Positions 61,580 to 64,000 of a stretch of DNA of 64,000 nt are shown piece after piece. Source of the DNA: Chlorokybus atmophyticus (taxonomy: Eukaryota > Plantae > Mesostigma and Chlorokybus algae); NCBI GenBank assembly GCA_009103225.1, contig RHPI01002119.1, positions 373,912 to 437,911 of the forward strand. The letters are read 5' to 3'. The notes under the pieces were generated by a model that was not told where the DNA came from, ran no database searches, and saw only the letters and a program-made list of their open reading frames with translations. Every line of letters starts with the position of its first letter. The stretch's first letter is position 1. The translations under genes were made by a program, and so were the position numbers.

Positions 61580-61692
61580 ACTACGCTTGAGGAGTGTGAG
61601 ACTAGCTTGTGTGCATAGTAGTTCTACACTACGGTAGCTTGTTGGTAGCAGAGCCTTGGGTGTCAACTGCAAGAAAGGCAGGCTCGACAGAA

Positions 61693-64000
61693 ATGGAGGC
61701 GACCTACGACAAGGGGCAGATTGCAAAGCTGGACACCGACAACTACAACACATGGTGCGTGGAGATGAAGGCCTTGCTCATCCACAAGAAGGTGTGGAAG
61801 TACGTTGATCCGAAGGCACCACCACCAACACCAGGAGCGAACACTGTGTGGTCAGAGCATTCAGCAGAAGCACACTCTTTGCTTGTGTTGAACAGCAAAC
61901 CGCATCACTTTCCCATGCTCACTGCATGTGAAGATGGTAGACAAGCTTGGGAAAAGCTATCAGCCGTTTTCAGAGCCAAGAACAATGCCAGAAAGTTGCA
62001 TCTACGCAAGCAGCTAAGCGCACTCAGGAAGGAGGCAACAGAACCCATCACAAAGTATGTTGCGCGCGCGAGAGAGCTGTGGGCGGACCTCATCAATGTC
62101 GGCCACAACATGGGGGAGACGGAGGTAGTGCTGGCCATTGTTGCAGGGCTACCAGCAGAGTACGAGGTCGTCGCAACCCTGCTGGAGACGTCATCATCGG
62201 AGTTGACGTTGGACGATGTGCTACCGAAGCTGCTCACCGTGGAGCAGAGGGTTGTGAAGAAGGACGAGCAAGCGGATGCCGTCGCCTTCTACACCGGCAA
62301 GCACGCAAAGAAGAGCAACCATGAAGAGAAGTACAAGGGCAACAAGCCAGGCAATCCTCGTCACAAAGACCTCACATGCCACTGGTGTGGTTGGAAGGGG
62401 CACATTGTGAAGGACTGTAGGAAGAAACAACAGGGGCAACCTAGAGCAAGCACCAGCAACAGCGGCAACGAGCACCAACACAAGGAGAAACATGTCGCCT
62501 TCACTGCATCCAGTTCGAGGGCGGGCACAGCTTTCTGGGTGGTGGACTCTGGCTGCGATCGTCATCTCACACCAAACAAGGAGGTGATGGAGGGCTACAG
62601 GAAGCTGACGTCCACAATCAAGGTGGCGGGCTTCGGTGGCGAAGTACTGGTGGCTGAGGGAGTTGGCAACGTACGACTCCAGTGCAAGGTTGGTAACACA
62701 CTACGCGAGGTGTTGTTACGCAACGTCCTGCATGTTCCTAAGGCTATTGCGAGTCTATTCTCTGTGAGGGTTGCGGAGCGCTTAGGCGCGGAGATCCTAT
62801 TTCGGAAGGGTGGCTGCTCAGTCATCCTTGATGGGGTCGTGCACATGGTTGGAATCGCTGATCCGGGAGGGCTCTACCACGTGGAGCAGCCTCAAGACAG
62901 TGACATCCAAGCCATGATGGTGAAGGACAAGGAGTCGCCAACATTGTGGCATCGAAGGTTCGGGCATCTCAGCTACGTCAACCTCACTCGCCTTGTCGCT
63001 GAGAAGATGGTCAAGGGCATCCATCTCAGCACTGAAGAACTCAAGACAGCATCAGGTGCACTTTGTGAACCATGTCTGGTTGCAAAGCAGCATGCTATAC
63101 CATTCCCATCATCCTCTTCTAACAGTCAGCATCCTTGCGAGCTTGTGCACATGGATGTCTGTGGCCCTATGCGCATTGTGGCGAAGGGAGGGGCCAGGTA
63201 CTTTGCTACGTTCCTCGACGACTACAGCAAGCTGTCCATCATCTTTCCATTGACGCTCAAGTCAGAAGTTGCTGGAGCTGTGCGCACAGTCGTGGCCTTG
63301 TTGGAGACGCAGTCTGGCAACAAGATGAAGGCAATGAGGAGTGATCGAGGAGGGGAGTACATCAACAAGGAGTTGAAGGAGTTCTTCGCCAGCAAGGGCA
63401 TACGCCACGACGGCACCCTACACCCCGCTGCAGAATGGAGCAGCTGAACGCCTCAACAGGACACTCTTGGAGCGTGTTCGAGCCATGCTCAACGACACAA
63501 AGATGGAAGAAAGTTTGTGGAAGGAGGCGGTTCTCACTGCCAATTACATCCGCAACAGGTCTCCGGTGAGCTCAGAGCAGAAGACTCCGTGGGAGCACTT
63601 CTATGGAGCCACACCAGATGTGAGTGGTATGCGTGTGTTTGGATGCACGGCATATGCACTAGTGCCTAAACAGCTCAGGCACAAGCTGGAGCCGGTCAGC
63701 AAGAAGGGCATCTTCGTTGGCTATGAACCGGGTTCCAAGGCTTACAGGATCTTGCTCGAGGACACTCAGAAGATCATCGTGAGCAGAGAGGTGGTTTTCC
63801 ACGAGGGATTATCACAACCAGAAGCAGGCTTCTTTCCTGAAGCACAGCCGGAGCATCCTGAAACAATGGAGGCTACAGGCAAGGCCATCATCGACGATAA
63901 GGGTGAGCAGGACTCAGCTGTAGCAGACAAGCAGTCGCACCTGCAGCAGGAGCACGCAGCTCGGAGATACCCAGTGAGGGAGAGAAAGGCACCTGACTTC
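61693..64000 (+). pseudogene. Copia gag-pol polyprotein, 5' part, with a frameshift in integrase near 63,410
   Basis: KLDTDNYNTWCVEMKALL, CHWCGWKGHIVKDC, WVVDSGCDRH, LWHRRFGHLS...CEPC, ELVHMDVCGP and RSDRGGEY. After GIRH the frame shifts to APYTPLQNGAAERLNRTLLERVRAML...VFGC..Y...KLEPVSKKGIFVGY. Confidence 0.92.

Larger units (their letters stand above)
61142..64000 (+). mobile_element. Ty1/Copia LTR retrotransposon nested in the Gypsy RT; continues beyond the window
   Basis: 5' LTR, PBS, then a polyprotein in Copia order: Gag, protease, GAG-pre-integrase, integrase. Confidence 0.95.

Noticed and set aside
63395-63430. Copia integrase frameshift as programmed frameshifting
   Set aside because: It falls inside the integrase core where residues are missing (RH..TAPYTP), and there is no slippery heptamer. 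A small deletion or sequencing error is the simpler explanation.

Overview
Eukaryotic nuclear DNA, most likely from a green alga of the plant lineage. This is an inference from plant-like orthologues, short TG/CA-rich spliceosomal introns and AAACCCTAA telo-boxes. Bases 1-50,500 are a compact, intron-rich gene neighbourhood, mostly in head-to-head pairs. Recognisable genes: SMARCAL1-like helicase, GOS1 SNARE, HAT1, RBMX2/IST3, PIG-C, a MYND/MSS51-like protein, glucosylceramide synthase, eIF3i, tRNA-Ser(AGA), C1D/Rrp47, ABCI20-like ATPase, D-amino-acid transaminase/ADC lyase and a TPR protein. There is also an orphan gene and a tandem pair of unknown-family paralogues combining a BAR-like helical region with a dehydrin K-segment-like motif. 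An intergenic stretch at 26.2-26.4 kb folds into a ~210-nt pre-miRNA-like hairpin. From 54.7 kb lies a decayed Ty3/Gypsy-type retrotransposon whose polyprotein carries a cytosine-5 DNA methyltransferase domain between protease and RT, plus a long unassigned region between Gag and protease. Its RT is interrupted at 61,141/61,142 by a nested Ty1/Copia element (424-bp LTR, half-tRNA-Met PBS) that runs off the window end. Gene models were assembled by eye from motifs and splice signals, so exon boundaries and some start codons are approximate. No rRNA or CRISPR array was seen.
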